From: an uncultured Gammaproteobacteria bacterium
Lineage (GTDB): Bacteria > Patescibacteriota > Microgenomatia > CAYXHB01 > CAZYTL01
Length of the DNA: 64,000 bases
Direction: 5' to 3'
Assembly: GCA_964650355.1 (NCBI GenBank)
Contig: CAZYTL010000004.1
Coordinates: 67,912 to 131,911, forward strand
The position numbers and the translations under genes are program-made. Numbering within the stretch: the stretch's first letter is position 1; each line of letters begins with the position of its first letter. Shown here piece after piece: positions 18,033-27,875 of this stretch. Below the pieces are notes generated by a model. The model was given only the letters and a program-made list of their open reading frames with translations, searched no databases and was not told where the DNA came from.

Positions 18033-20696
18033 ATGAAAAACTGCCCCCTTCCTCAACCATTCAGACTCACCAACCGTCTCCGCCTCTTCCTCTTCCTTGG
18101 AGGTTTTTTCCTCCTCACCACTCAACCCGCCCTGGCGCAGACCACTGTTTCATCTGCTACGAACATTAGCCAAAATGTCAATCAAATTCCCCTCTATGAC
18201 AAATTTGAACTTACATTCGATATTCCCAATACTCACGCCACCAACCCCCAATGGCCTTATGACACTAACCCGCCTCCTGGCTTGCAGGGAGGAATCGGCA
18301 TCACCGTCAACGGTCTTTTCCTCCCCCCCAACCAAACCGACTGGTCCCAAGCTTACGTCCAACCCGCCTTCTGGTTTCAGGAAATGGATCGCCAAGAAAA
18401 AGGCACCATGGAATGGCTCTATCCTACTTCAAATTTTAATTGGAAAATCCGTTTTGCCCCTAACCAAACCGGCCAGTGGCATTACAAAATCACCACCCAA
18501 GATTCATCTGGTGTCTGGAAATCCTCAGTCTATACTTTTGAAGCCTTACCGGCTCGCCCAGGTATCCATGGTTTCATCAGAGCTTCCCAGACCGACGGCC
18601 GTTTCTTTGAATATTCAGACGGTACTCTATTCTGGGGTCTAGGACACCAACACGACTCCAATGTTGACAGTTATAAAACTATTAGAGACATCGAAAGTTT
18701 CCATCAACAAGGACAAAATCTCGTCCGTATCTGGATGAGTGCTGACAATGTTAATGGCGGTGCCTGGCAACCCTGGGCTTCCCGAACCATGAGCACCCAA
18801 AACCAATGGAACCGGGCCGCCCAGGTCGCCAGCTATTCCATCCCCGGCGGCACCTACCAAAACCACCGCTGGGCTCTCCGCCTCAGCTCCAGTGAAGATC
18901 CCCAAGCCAAGGATAACCCCTGCATGTTCCAGGGCTGGAGCGGCAAATACGCCGCTGTCAAGCCCTCCACTTGGTATGAAGTCACTGCTATTGTCAAAAC
19001 CGCCAATATTGACATTGACGATCCTATTGATTCTCGATCTGACTATGGCTTTACCATCAGCTATGCCGGTTGGGTGAATGACTGTAAACTTCCTGATCCC
19101 GGCCATTCCATTCTCAAAAACGATAATAACCGGCCCATCTACGTCAAAAGCACCTCCGGTAACTGGCAAACTGTCACCGGCAAATTCCAAACCACTTCAA
19201 CTCAAAAAAGTCTACTCTATACCTATCTAAAGCTGGAAAATACCAAAAACGGGCAAGTTTACTTGGACAAAGTCACCATCAAAGAAATCCTTCCCAATAA
19301 CCAAAGAGGAGAAAACATCCTCATCAGAAGTGACTTTAATGTTCAAAATTACTATGACCAGTTCTACTCTTACTCTTGGGATAAAATCATCGAAGCCGCC
19401 GAACAAAATGACTTTTATCTCAAGCTGGTCATTTTAGAAAAACAGGACCCCATCTATACCTCAGTTGACGAAAATGGCGTCTCCATCGATGATTCGATCA
19501 GTGGCGAATCGCACACCCAAAATTTTTACTCTCATGACCAAACCTATGTTCGCCGCCTTCACGAATACTGGTGGCGTTACCTCAAAGCCCGATGGGGATA
19601 TTCCCGCGCCATCCATTCCTGGGAATTGCTCAACGAAGGCGACCCCGCCAACACCGCCCATTTTGACCAGGCCGAAAAAATGGCTGAAATTATGGATCTC
19701 TACGGCTCAGAAAAACAGATGACCACCACCTCCTTTTGGCATAGCTATCCCCTCAGCCAGTTCTGGGGTAACCCTCAATACCAACAAACCGACTACTATG
19801 ACATTCACGGCACTGGTTGCTTTCTCTGGGTAGATCCCCAAACCGGCGAAGAAGTCGCTTATGACGCCGCCCTTTATCACTATTCCCATGCCCATTGCAT
19901 GTACCAGGGTTGCGGCAGTTGCCCCAGCCTCAACCAGTATCTGGCTTCCCATCCCCAAATTCAAAGAAAACCGCAGGTCAAAGGCGAAGCCTACCTCCAG
20001 TGCCAAACTAACCCTTCGGCTTTAAGTTGTCCCGGTATCGAACTGGACACTCAGGGCGTTTGGCTCCACAACTTTGTCTGGGCGCAAGTCCAGCCCTACA
20101 CTCTCACGGATATCATCTGGAAACAATCCTTTCTTAATCAATTCGACCTTCGCGGTGAATACGGCCGCTTCCGCAACTTCCTTAATCAACTTCCTCTCAA
20201 CAATGGCAGTTTTCAAGATGCTCAAGCCCAGGTTACCAACTCCAACCTCCGGGTTTGGGGCCAGAAAGATCTTCCTCACCAGGGTTTGGTTCTCTGGATC
20301 CAAAACAAACAACACACTTGGAAAAACGTAGTCGACAACCAAAACATTTCTCCCCAATCAGGCGCCATCACTGTCTCCGGATTCCAGCCCGGGCAATCTC
20401 TGACTGTCGAGTGGTGGGACACCTGGCAGGGCAACATCAATCGCACCACCACTCAAACTCCTGATTCCCAGGGCCGACTGACCTTTAATATCTCCAACCT
20501 CACCGCCGACCTGGCTATCCGCATTTTGCCTTCATCGCTACCTCCCGCCTCTGCCGACCTTGATCACAACGGCACTATCGACTTTCGTGACGCCCGCCTG
20601 CTCCTCTCTCGCTGGCTTACCCACCTCGCCGACCTCAACCATGACCTCCTCACCAACAGCTTGGACTTCACCCACCTTATCCTTCAGTGGAAATAA
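18033..20696 (+). CDS. Secreted DUF5060-like / GH-A (GH5-like) protein with an inserted CBM-like domain and a C-terminal dockerin-like tail
   Basis: Signal peptide (ALA-Q); YDKFELTF, WKIRFAP, ARWGYS..IHSWELLNE (acid/base), KGE (nucleophile); ADLDHNGTIDFRD...ADLNHD...NSLDF. Confidence 0.7.
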   Translation: MKNCPLPQPFRLTNRLRLFLFLGGFFLLTTQPALAQTTVSSATNISQNVNQIPLYDKFELTFDIPNTHATNPQWPYDTNPPPGLQGGIGITVNGLFLPPNQTDWSQAYVQPAFWFQEMDRQEKGTMEWLYPTSNFNWKIRFAPNQTGQWHYKITTQDSSGVWKSSVYTFEALPARPGIHGFIRASQTDGRFFEYSDGTLFWGLGHQHDSNVDSYKTIRDIESFHQQGQNLVRIWMSADNVNGGAWQPWASRTMSTQNQWNRAAQVASYSIPGGTYQNHRWALRLSSSEDPQAKDNPCMFQGWSGKYAAVKPSTWYEVTAIVKTANIDIDDPIDSRSDYGFTISYAGWVNDCKLPDPGHSILKNDNNRPIYVKSTSGNWQTVTGKFQTTSTQKSLLYTYLKLENTKNGQVYLDKVTIKEILPNNQRGENILIRSDFNVQNYYDQFYSYSWDKIIEAAEQNDFYLKLVILEKQDPIYTSVDENGVSIDDSISGESHTQNFYSHDQTYVRRLHEYWWRYLKARWGYSRAIHSWELLNEGDPANTAHFDQAEKMAEIMDLYGSEKQMTTTSFWHSYPLSQFWGNPQYQQTDYYDIHGTGCFLWVDPQTGEEVAYDAALYHYSHAHCMYQGCGSCPSLNQYLASHPQIQRKPQVKGEAYLQCQTNPSALSCPGIELDTQGVWLHNFVWAQVQPYTLTDIIWKQSFLNQFDLRGEYGRFRNFLNQLPLNNGSFQDAQAQVTNSNLRVWGQKDLPHQGLVLWIQNKQHTWKNVVDNQNISPQSGAITVSGFQPGQSLTVEWWDTWQGNINRTTTQTPDSQGRLTFNISNLTADLAIRILPSSLPPASADLDHNGTIDFRDARLLLSRWLTHLADLNHDLLTNSLDFTHLILQWK

Positions 20697-20733
20697 ACAT
20701 CCGGTCACAACCCTCTTCATTTTTCAACCATTG

Positions 20734-22737
20734 TTAACGGCCAGCCAACCACCCGAAATCCAATCCGTTCACCTTCCCGTCAACCATCAAATCATCAACC
20801 CAATTATTCGTAGACCAGTTAACCAGTATCTCCTTAAAAGTCACCGGCACCGGAGTTGGTGTCGGCACACCGTGTCCCAATCGTCTTTGCACTTGGTCTA
20901 CATACAGCGATTGCGGCTCTAGAGTGGTTCCCTGTCCGTCTCCAGAATTAGGATTGGCTGCCAACGTCGCCGGTTCCACCCAGTCAGGTCGGTGCGCATC
21001 TCCCGGATTTGCCGACCCGTAAACCGTTAATAAATTCGACTTCTGCGGCCCCCGCATCCCGATCACATAACCCCATCCCCATTGGTCAGACACCAGTGCT
21101 GTATCACCCCCCCTAATATGCGACCGGATCACATTCGTATTCCAAAACACATTTCCTGAAGAAGTAATCGTCTGATTACCAAATGCCCTATATTGGGCCA
21201 AAAAACTATCACCATCAAAAATCATATTATCAATTAAATTCGCGTGCGAAAACCACATATGAAAATCCGACTGCAGCGTCTTTCCGAAAATCTGCGTGTC
21301 CGAACTAGGATAATTCGGACTGAACCGGGCCGTCGAATTATAAATTACATTTCCATTTGCCTCCATACCTTTAAAATCAAAGTTGTGCCGCGCATTAGTC
21401 GCACTTGAATCCTTGAGTAAATTATCATTCCCATAGAGAATAAACATATATCCCATTCCTCCTTCCCCGTGGGACTCAGGATTTTTTAAGTGTACATTCT
21501 CAAGCGTCACATTCCGCACATCCCTCATCACTATCCCGTAACTATGAATGTTATACTTTAGCTCATCCGGTGCATTAGATGTATACCCGTAACCCTCGTG
21601 ATTTTGCCAAGGCGAATATGACTTCACGTTCCTGATCCAGCTATTCAAAGCATTGCGTACAAAAATTATCTGACTATTCCACAGATCGGAATCATCAGTC
21701 ATGTTAACAATTTCCCGCATCGCAAAAGCCATGCACTCTATGCCCACCTCTTGTACCGGCGTCCAAATCTTAAACACCACCGGTGAGTAAGTCAGCTTAA
21801 TCGGAAACCGAGTCGGAATATCAACAGTAATCGTCTTCGTTTGGGAATTAACCGCCATCACCTCCCGCTGGTACATTAACCCTCTAATCTGACTGTCATT
21901 AAATCTGTCAGCCTGCAAGTCTGCCTTTAACGCATCATTATTTCTCGCCTTCACTATCACCTGGTCTCCTACCTTAAACCCGCTAGTATCCGCCACCGGA
22001 ATCACCTTTGTCGGATATAATAAATTATTAGTGATCGCCACGATACTCCCTCTGGCATTTTCCTCTTCCCAGTCTCCTTTTTTCAAATCAAAAGCCGCCG
22101 GGGGCCAATAGTTCCTGTCCGCATTCGGATCCGGATCAATCCTGACAATCCCTCCTTTGCTCGAGTAAGTACTATCATAAAAAATCTTCGTCTTATCCGG
22201 TCCGTCACCCCTCATCACCACTCCGCTCTTCGTAATCAGCAACGCCCAGGGATAACCATTAGGGTCTCCGCTCCAGGCAGCATAATACCTTGGTTTCACA
22301 TAATAGGTCCCCTCCGGCAAATACACCACCCCGCCCCCGTTGCTTTCTGCCGCATCTATCGCCTTCTGAATCGCGACCGTATCATCGCCTGTATCATTTA
22401 CGCTACCATTAGCCCCGTAACTAGTCACATTATAAATCGGCCCGCTAATGTCAGGAATCGGCTGTTCTCCTCTGTGATACCCAGCATAAGAAAAATCCGG
22501 TAGCATTCTACCCGCACCCATATCCACCCCAGGTTGCCAATTAGTTGGGTAAAGTTGTGACCTCCACGCCCAAACCTGAGTCACATCTCTTCCATACCCT
22601 CCCAACCACCCCATCATCAATGCGATCAATAAAAACACCCTCATCCATCCTGCAACCGTAAACACTTCCTGCAAATTATATTTAATCTTGATGTTCATCC
22701 CTTTTACCACACCTCTCTCCCAATCTAGTTCATCCAT
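20734..22737 (-). CDS. Secreted beta-helix polysaccharide-active protein (pectate_lyase_3/GH28-like) with PT linker and dockerin-like tail
   Basis: LPDFSYAGY, YGA..DDTVAIQKAID...GGVVYLPEGTY, LRG.G-like, PTPTP, DGKVNGLDF. Confidence 0.75.
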   Translation of the reverse strand: MDELDWERGVVKGMNIKIKYNLQEVFTVAGWMRVFLLIALMMGWLGGYGRDVTQVWAWRSQLYPTNWQPGVDMGAGRMLPDFSYAGYHRGEQPIPDISGPIYNVTSYGANGSVNDTGDDTVAIQKAIDAAESNGGGVVYLPEGTYYVKPRYYAAWSGDPNGYPWALLITKSGVVMRGDGPDKTKIFYDSTYSSKGGIVRIDPDPNADRNYWPPAAFDLKKGDWEEENARGSIVAITNNLLYPTKVIPVADTSGFKVGDQVIVKARNNDALKADLQADRFNDSQIRGLMYQREVMAVNSQTKTITVDIPTRFPIKLTYSPVVFKIWTPVQEVGIECMAFAMREIVNMTDDSDLWNSQIIFVRNALNSWIRNVKSYSPWQNHEGYGYTSNAPDELKYNIHSYGIVMRDVRNVTLENVHLKNPESHGEGGMGYMFILYGNDNLLKDSSATNARHNFDFKGMEANGNVIYNSTARFSPNYPSSDTQIFGKTLQSDFHMWFSHANLIDNMIFDGDSFLAQYRAFGNQTITSSGNVFWNTNVIRSHIRGGDTALVSDQWGWGYVIGMRGPQKSNLLTVYGSANPGDAHRPDWVEPATLAANPNSGDGQGTTLEPQSLYVDQVQRRLGHGVPTPTPVPVTFKEILVNWSTNNWVDDLMVDGKVNGLDFGWLAGR

Positions 22738-22793
22738 ATTTCAACCTTACCTTAACGCTCACCACCCTACAAGCACTCATCTATATCCGCCGA

Positions 22794-24587
22794 TTAATAT
22801 TCTTGTAGCGTCGAAGTATCCCCAATCGGCAACCCCAACTCCCGGGCTTTAAGCAGCCTCCGCATAATCTTCCCCGACCTTGTCTTGGGCAACTTCTCCA
22901 CAAATTCAATTTCTCTGGGATACGCATGACCTGCCAAATGGTGCTTAATAAACTTCTGAATTCTCTCTTTTAAGGCTTCCGATCCTTCCACTCCTGGTCG
23001 CAACTTCACAAACGCTTTAATAATCTCGCCTCTCATCGGATCCGGTTTGCCAATCACCCCAGCCTCAATCACATCCGGATGCTCCACCAAAGCCGACTCC
23101 ACTTCAAACGGACCCACCCGTTCGCCCGAAGTCTTAATCACATCATCAGCCCGGCCAATAAACCAGAAATAACCGTCCTTATCCTTAAACGCTCTGTCCC
23201 CGGAAATATACCACCCCTTCATGAAATACTTCTTATACTTATTCGGTCTCCTCCAAATCTTCTTCATCATTGACGGCCATCCCGGCTTAATCGCCAAATT
23301 TCCTTCTTTGTTCGGACCCAGCACTTCCCCTTCATCACTCACAATCCCGGCCGTGATTCCTGGCAAAGGCTTGCCCATTGATCCCGGTTTGATATCCATT
23401 GATCTGTAATTGGCAATCAAAATTCCCCCCGTTTCCGTCTGCCACCAATTATCATGGAACGGTAACTTAAACACCTTCAAACCCCACCTAATCGGCTCCG
23501 GATTCAACGGCTCCCCCACACTCGCCAGATATCTTAGCGAACTCAAATCGTGCTTCTTTACCAACGCATCTCCCGCCGCCTGCAACATCCGGATCGCCGT
23601 TGGCGCCGTATACCACACATTCACCTTATACTTCTCAATAATCTTATACCAGGTTTCCGGATCAAACCTCCCGTTATACACCACTGTTGACGATCCATTG
23701 CTCCACGAACCCAAAATCTCATAAGCAATCCCTGTCACCCAGCCCGGATCAGCCGTACACCAATACACATCATCATCCCGCAAATCCAGCACAAACTTGG
23801 CACTCATGTGCTCGTGCAAAATCGCTTTGTGACAATGAATCACCCCTTTGGGCTTTCCTGTTGTTCCTGATGTGTAAAGCATAAACGCCGGGTCATCCGC
23901 ATTCATAAACCGGGTTTCATATTCGTTTGATTGCTTTTCCAGTAATTCCTGCAAACTCAAGATCTTTTTACCTCGTACCTTTAACTTCTTCACTTCTTTG
24001 GGATCACCCACCACCAAAATCGTTTCCAAATTTTCCAGATCCGGCGCTACCTTGGCAATCCGATCAAAAAATTGCAACTCTGTTATGACCACTTTGGCAT
24101 CACTGTTTCCCAATCGGTCAGCAATTGCCGACGGTCCGAAAGCCGAAAACATCGTCCCCGCAATCGCCCCTCTTTTCAAAGTTCCCAAAAACCCGAAATA
24201 CAACTCCGGCACCCGGGACAAAAAGAAAAACACCCGATCCCCGATATCCACATCTAAAGTATGCAACCCATTGGCAAACTTGTTCGCCCACTCATCTAAC
24301 TCCATAAAGGTATATTTCTTCTCCTCCATTTCCGGTTTACCTCGATTATTTGTAGTCTTCGACAAATCAGCGGGTCCTACCCAATACAAAGCAATCTTAT
24401 TCTTGCGCCAATTCTTGGCATTCCGCTCCACTGCATTATAAGCGGCATTCAACTTCCCACCCACAAATTCAATCTCCTTCTCAGCCTCCTTATACGAAAA
24501 ACTCTTATACACTTTCTCGTAATCCTCCAGATTCGGCTTCACCGTAAAGCTCTTGGGATCCTTCTTAATCACTTCATCCAGTTTCAT
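22794..24587 (-). CDS. acsA: Acetate--CoA ligase (AMP-forming acetyl-CoA synthetase)
   Basis: YTSGTTGKPKG, WCTADPGWVTG, SVGEPLN, DNWWQTETG, GRADD, PKTRSGKIMRR; start placed at MKLDE. Confidence 0.93.
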   Translation of the reverse strand: MKLDEVIKKDPKSFTVKPNLEDYEKVYKSFSYKEAEKEIEFVGGKLNAAYNAVERNAKNWRKNKIALYWVGPADLSKTTNNRGKPEMEEKKYTFMELDEWANKFANGLHTLDVDIGDRVFFFLSRVPELYFGFLGTLKRGAIAGTMFSAFGPSAIADRLGNSDAKVVITELQFFDRIAKVAPDLENLETILVVGDPKEVKKLKVRGKKILSLQELLEKQSNEYETRFMNADDPAFMLYTSGTTGKPKGVIHCHKAILHEHMSAKFVLDLRDDDVYWCTADPGWVTGIAYEILGSWSNGSSTVVYNGRFDPETWYKIIEKYKVNVWYTAPTAIRMLQAAGDALVKKHDLSSLRYLASVGEPLNPEPIRWGLKVFKLPFHDNWWQTETGGILIANYRSMDIKPGSMGKPLPGITAGIVSDEGEVLGPNKEGNLAIKPGWPSMMKKIWRRPNKYKKYFMKGWYISGDRAFKDKDGYFWFIGRADDVIKTSGERVGPFEVESALVEHPDVIEAGVIGKPDPMRGEIIKAFVKLRPGVEGSEALKERIQKFIKHHLAGHAYPREIEFVEKLPKTRSGKIMRRLLKARELGLPIGDTSTLQEY

Positions 24588-24702
24588 AATAACCAAATTA
24601 ACACACCTTTCATCATCCACGCAACCCCCGATTTTCAACTCCAACCCCCAATCATGTTATAATATACTCACTTTCATCAACAAAAGACTTCAATTCAAAC
24701 CT

Positions 24703-25005
24703 ATGCCTACACCACCCTCACACCGCCACGAGCAAGGCCCTGAAACAGAAGGCATCATCACGTTCAAAGACGGCAGAGTTGTCTTAGAGGGAGATCATCC
24801 CAACCCTTTCTCTGCCGAAGTTGCGATTCCCCAAAACGAGCTTCCACTTGCTCTCCTCTCTCTTCGCGAAATTATTAGAGATAATGTATATCACCAGAGA
24901 CTCACTCCAAATGGCATAGAGCAGTCCTTTGATGCTGCCGTCCTTATCGGCGTCATCACCTTTTATCAAGAAGGTTTTTCCGACCTCTTTAGAGGTCTCT
25001 CTTAA
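24703..25005 (+). CDS. Hypothetical protein (about 100 aa)
   Basis: ATG at 24703 downstream of TGTTATAAT; composition looks protein-like. Confidence 0.55.
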   Translation: MPTPPSHRHEQGPETEGIITFKDGRVVLEGDHPNPFSAEVAIPQNELPLALLSLREIIRDNVYHQRLTPNGIEQSFDAAVLIGVITFYQEGFSDLFRGLS

Positions 25006-25077
25006 CACCATTCCCCCCCGATCCAATTCAGAGGCAACTTAGTCATTAACTCAATCCGCCAGCCGTCAATCCATAAA

Positions 25078-25260
25078 CTAGAAATACTTCGTCTGCTTTT
25101 CAGAAGCACCCAGCAGCATATTCCTCACTATAAACCTGACATCATTTACCTTCAAATTTAGCAACCTTCTTTCAATATAATCATGAACTAATCTTTGCTC
25201 ATCACTCATCAATCTCCTTTGCAATTCAGGCAACAAATTAGTTTCATTTCGAAAAACCAA
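25078..25260 (-). CDS. Small hypothetical protein
   Basis: 60-aa ORF filling the gap; helical amphipathic composition. Confidence 0.35.
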   Translation of the reverse strand: MVFRNETNLLPELQRRLMSDEQRLVHDYIERRLLNLKVNDVRFIVRNMLLGASEKQTKYF

Positions 25261-25297
25261 ACAACATAATTCACAACCAGTAGTAAAATAAGCATGA

Positions 25298-26290
25298 ATG
25301 CAGGAACATCACCATCCCACTGCTGTCTTAGTCGACAACCGACGTGAACATCATCTTCCTTTCCCGCTTGGCTATCAACAACTTATCCAGAAGTTTAATA
25401 TCACCCGGGAATTTATCGGCCCTGAGCAACTAGTCGCTCTTACACCTCAGGATCTCCATGATGCCCAAGTTGTCATCGGAGCGTTCGGAGATGGTAGTTT
25501 GGGGCATTTACTTAGTCTTGAACCTCAAAGACCCATCATTTTACTCAACCTGGGTACGGCTAACACGACCTACCAAGGACTTGCCGGCCTAGCCGAATCC
25601 CCTCAGCCCGAATTTCTCCGCTCTCTTTCACAAAAACACCGACTTAAAGCCTATCAGTATCACCCGTTACACCTCGAATCCGCAAGCCAATCCTGGCAAC
25701 AAGCCTATCTAGGAGGGTTTTCCCATCTCACAATTAAAACCACCCGAAACAAAGAAAACCTGCAAGCTCATCCCCGACTGACACCATGGGTAAAAAGCAA
25801 CATCGGTCTGACATACAGTCTAGCTGGTTTAGCCTCCGCTTTTACTCTTCATCATCGGATTCAACCTCGTGATATTTGTTTTACAACTCCAGATGAACAA
25901 CCGCATCAAATTAATCCTGGTCAGCTCATTGCCGCCTGTGCTGTCAATACAATACCTATCCTCGGTACTTTTAAATTTCAACCATCCTCACCCGATCAAC
26001 AACTCAGCCTCCTCACCCTTACTGCAGACCGTACCGTAGAATTATATAGCAAATACGCTCTCACTCTCATGATCGGCGGACTGTTAAAAAATGGACCGGA
26101 CCTCTGTCGGCAAATTGGATTGATTGATGTCAGGCCGATTGATAATGTAAATCTACTGCCCGACCCCCAAGCAGCCGACTCCGGGCACTCAAATGTCTGT
26201 CTGGACGGACAATTGCTCACCCATCGAAATCCAATCACTCTTTCTCTTTCTGACTCACCCGTCACTATCTTACGTCCTTCCGATCCATAA
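25298..26290 (+). CDS. Second divergent DAGK family-like protein
   Basis: GAFGDGSL, LNLGTANT (resembles PxGTxN), VCLDGQ. Confidence 0.6.
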   Translation: MQEHHHPTAVLVDNRREHHLPFPLGYQQLIQKFNITREFIGPEQLVALTPQDLHDAQVVIGAFGDGSLGHLLSLEPQRPIILLNLGTANTTYQGLAGLAESPQPEFLRSLSQKHRLKAYQYHPLHLESASQSWQQAYLGGFSHLTIKTTRNKENLQAHPRLTPWVKSNIGLTYSLAGLASAFTLHHRIQPRDICFTTPDEQPHQINPGQLIAACAVNTIPILGTFKFQPSSPDQQLSLLTLTADRTVELYSKYALTLMIGGLLKNGPDLCRQIGLIDVRPIDNVNLLPDPQAADSGHSNVCLDGQLLTHRNPITLSLSDSPVTILRPSDP

Positions 26291-26434
26291 TTAACCTTAA
26301 ACCCCCAACTATCAACTCCTAATCCCTAATGCCTTAAATACTTAGTATCACTTAAAGTAATACTAGTGATTCGTAACCCACATTAGTCACCAGTCATAAA
26401 TTATCCCCTATCAGGAATTCTTTATTCCCACTTC

Positions 26435-27175
26435 TTACTTCACCACCACCTTAATCCTCCCACTTTCGAAAAACGCCTCGTAGCCAGTATTACTCTTCAC
26501 CTGCACCACATAAGTATTCTGTCCAGACCACATTGCCAATTGACCGCTCACCAAATGCACCGAAGTCTCTGATCCCGTTTCCAATTCACTATTCGGTACC
26601 GCTATCCCGTTAGTTTTGTCATATAATCGCAGACTCACCTTGCCATTCCCTTGGTAAATCTTGGCGTAAGCATCCCAAGTCACCGTCCGCGCTTCACCGT
26701 ATTCCGACCAGTCGATCACCGTTTCCGTAGTTACAATATTCGTCCAATCCAGATTCTTTGTCGAACCCGTCCCGCTCAAAGGAATATAATACGTTCCCGC
26801 CTTGGACACTGTCACTGTAGCTCCTCCCCCGCTACTGGCCGGGGTCGGGGTTCTCGAAACTGCCGGAGTCAAACTGCCTATTGCCAACGCCACCTGCTGC
26901 TCAATCACTCGTTGGCAGATCGGACCGCAAGTATCCGACCTCACCGTTCCACTATCCTCATCTACCGGCATCAGTAAATCAGACGATCCATCCGTCATTC
27001 CCTCAATTATTCCTCCCAGACTGGTAAACGCCTGAGTTAACTGATTCAGCCTCTCTGTTGACTGATTAATCCTGTCCCTATCCCGCAACCAAATATAATC
27101 AATAAACAACAAATTCCCGATCGCAATCACGATCATCACTCCCACAAATATCCTCCATAAATGAATGGTACGCAT
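26435..27175 (-). CDS. Membrane-anchored hypothetical protein
   Basis: N-terminal TM helix, coiled coil, CGPIC, S/T/P linker and a beta-rich C-terminal domain. Confidence 0.7.
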   Translation of the reverse strand: MRTIHLWRIFVGVMIVIAIGNLLFIDYIWLRDRDRINQSTERLNQLTQAFTSLGGIIEGMTDGSSDLLMPVDEDSGTVRSDTCGPICQRVIEQQVALAIGSLTPAVSRTPTPASSGGGATVTVSKAGTYYIPLSGTGSTKNLDWTNIVTTETVIDWSEYGEARTVTWDAYAKIYQGNGKVSLRLYDKTNGIAVPNSELETGSETSVHLVSGQLAMWSGQNTYVVQVKSNTGYEAFFESGRIKVVVK

Positions 27176-27341
27176 AGGGCAGACTCCTTAATTCCACCCT
27201 AGCATAAAAACCCCTTTCCAAGAAGAACAAATTTCTTCCCTCTCCAACATCAGAAATCACCCCATCTTATCTACCTTCTCGCCACCGCTTGACAACCAAT
27301 ATATAATCTCCTTAGTTATTTTCCCAAAAACAGCCGACTTT

Positions 27342-27728
27342 ATGTCCTCAACCGTCAAAGAAGCCCTTCTGGCAGATAATTGCAGAAAGTGTCCCCAGTT
27401 TACTGGAAAATTAAAAGTTCCAGAACTAGGCCAACCAATTACCACTTGTAGGATTGTTCCCCCCATTATTCACGGTATGAATATGAATACGGATAAACAA
27501 CCCACTACACCAGATGGACCACTAACCAACAGTCTCCGTACTTTTCAGGCTGCTATCGAACGAGTTACCACTTGGAGAATTGTTCCCCCCGTTATTCGCC
27601 ATTTGACCAAACAACTCATTATCCCAAATGGGCCAGTAGCCGCCGACCTCCGTACTTTTCAGATCGTCGTCGAAGGTGCCCGTCCTGAATTCGCTGGCAT
27701 TGGTCCACATGAGCGCAACTGCAAATAG
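27342..27728 (+). CDS. Hypothetical CxxC protein with internal tandem duplication
   Basis: CRKCP; TTCRIVPPII...PDGPL..SLRTFQ is repeated as TTWRIVPPVI...PNGPV..DLRTFQ. Confidence 0.55.
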   Translation: MSSTVKEALLADNCRKCPQFTGKLKVPELGQPITTCRIVPPIIHGMNMNTDKQPTTPDGPLTNSLRTFQAAIERVTTWRIVPPVIRHLTKQLIIPNGPVAADLRTFQIVVEGARPEFAGIGPHERNCK

Positions 27729-27875
27729 GAAGCTTTCACCCGGATATCATCTTCTTAACTCCTCTTCGCTTTCCTCCTCCCCAAACTTCTCTTCCTGTGC
27801 TAAAATACAGCCGGTTTCCTGTCCAAATTCCAAAAATCAAATTAACCATCAGTATAAAGCTTATGACCCATATCC

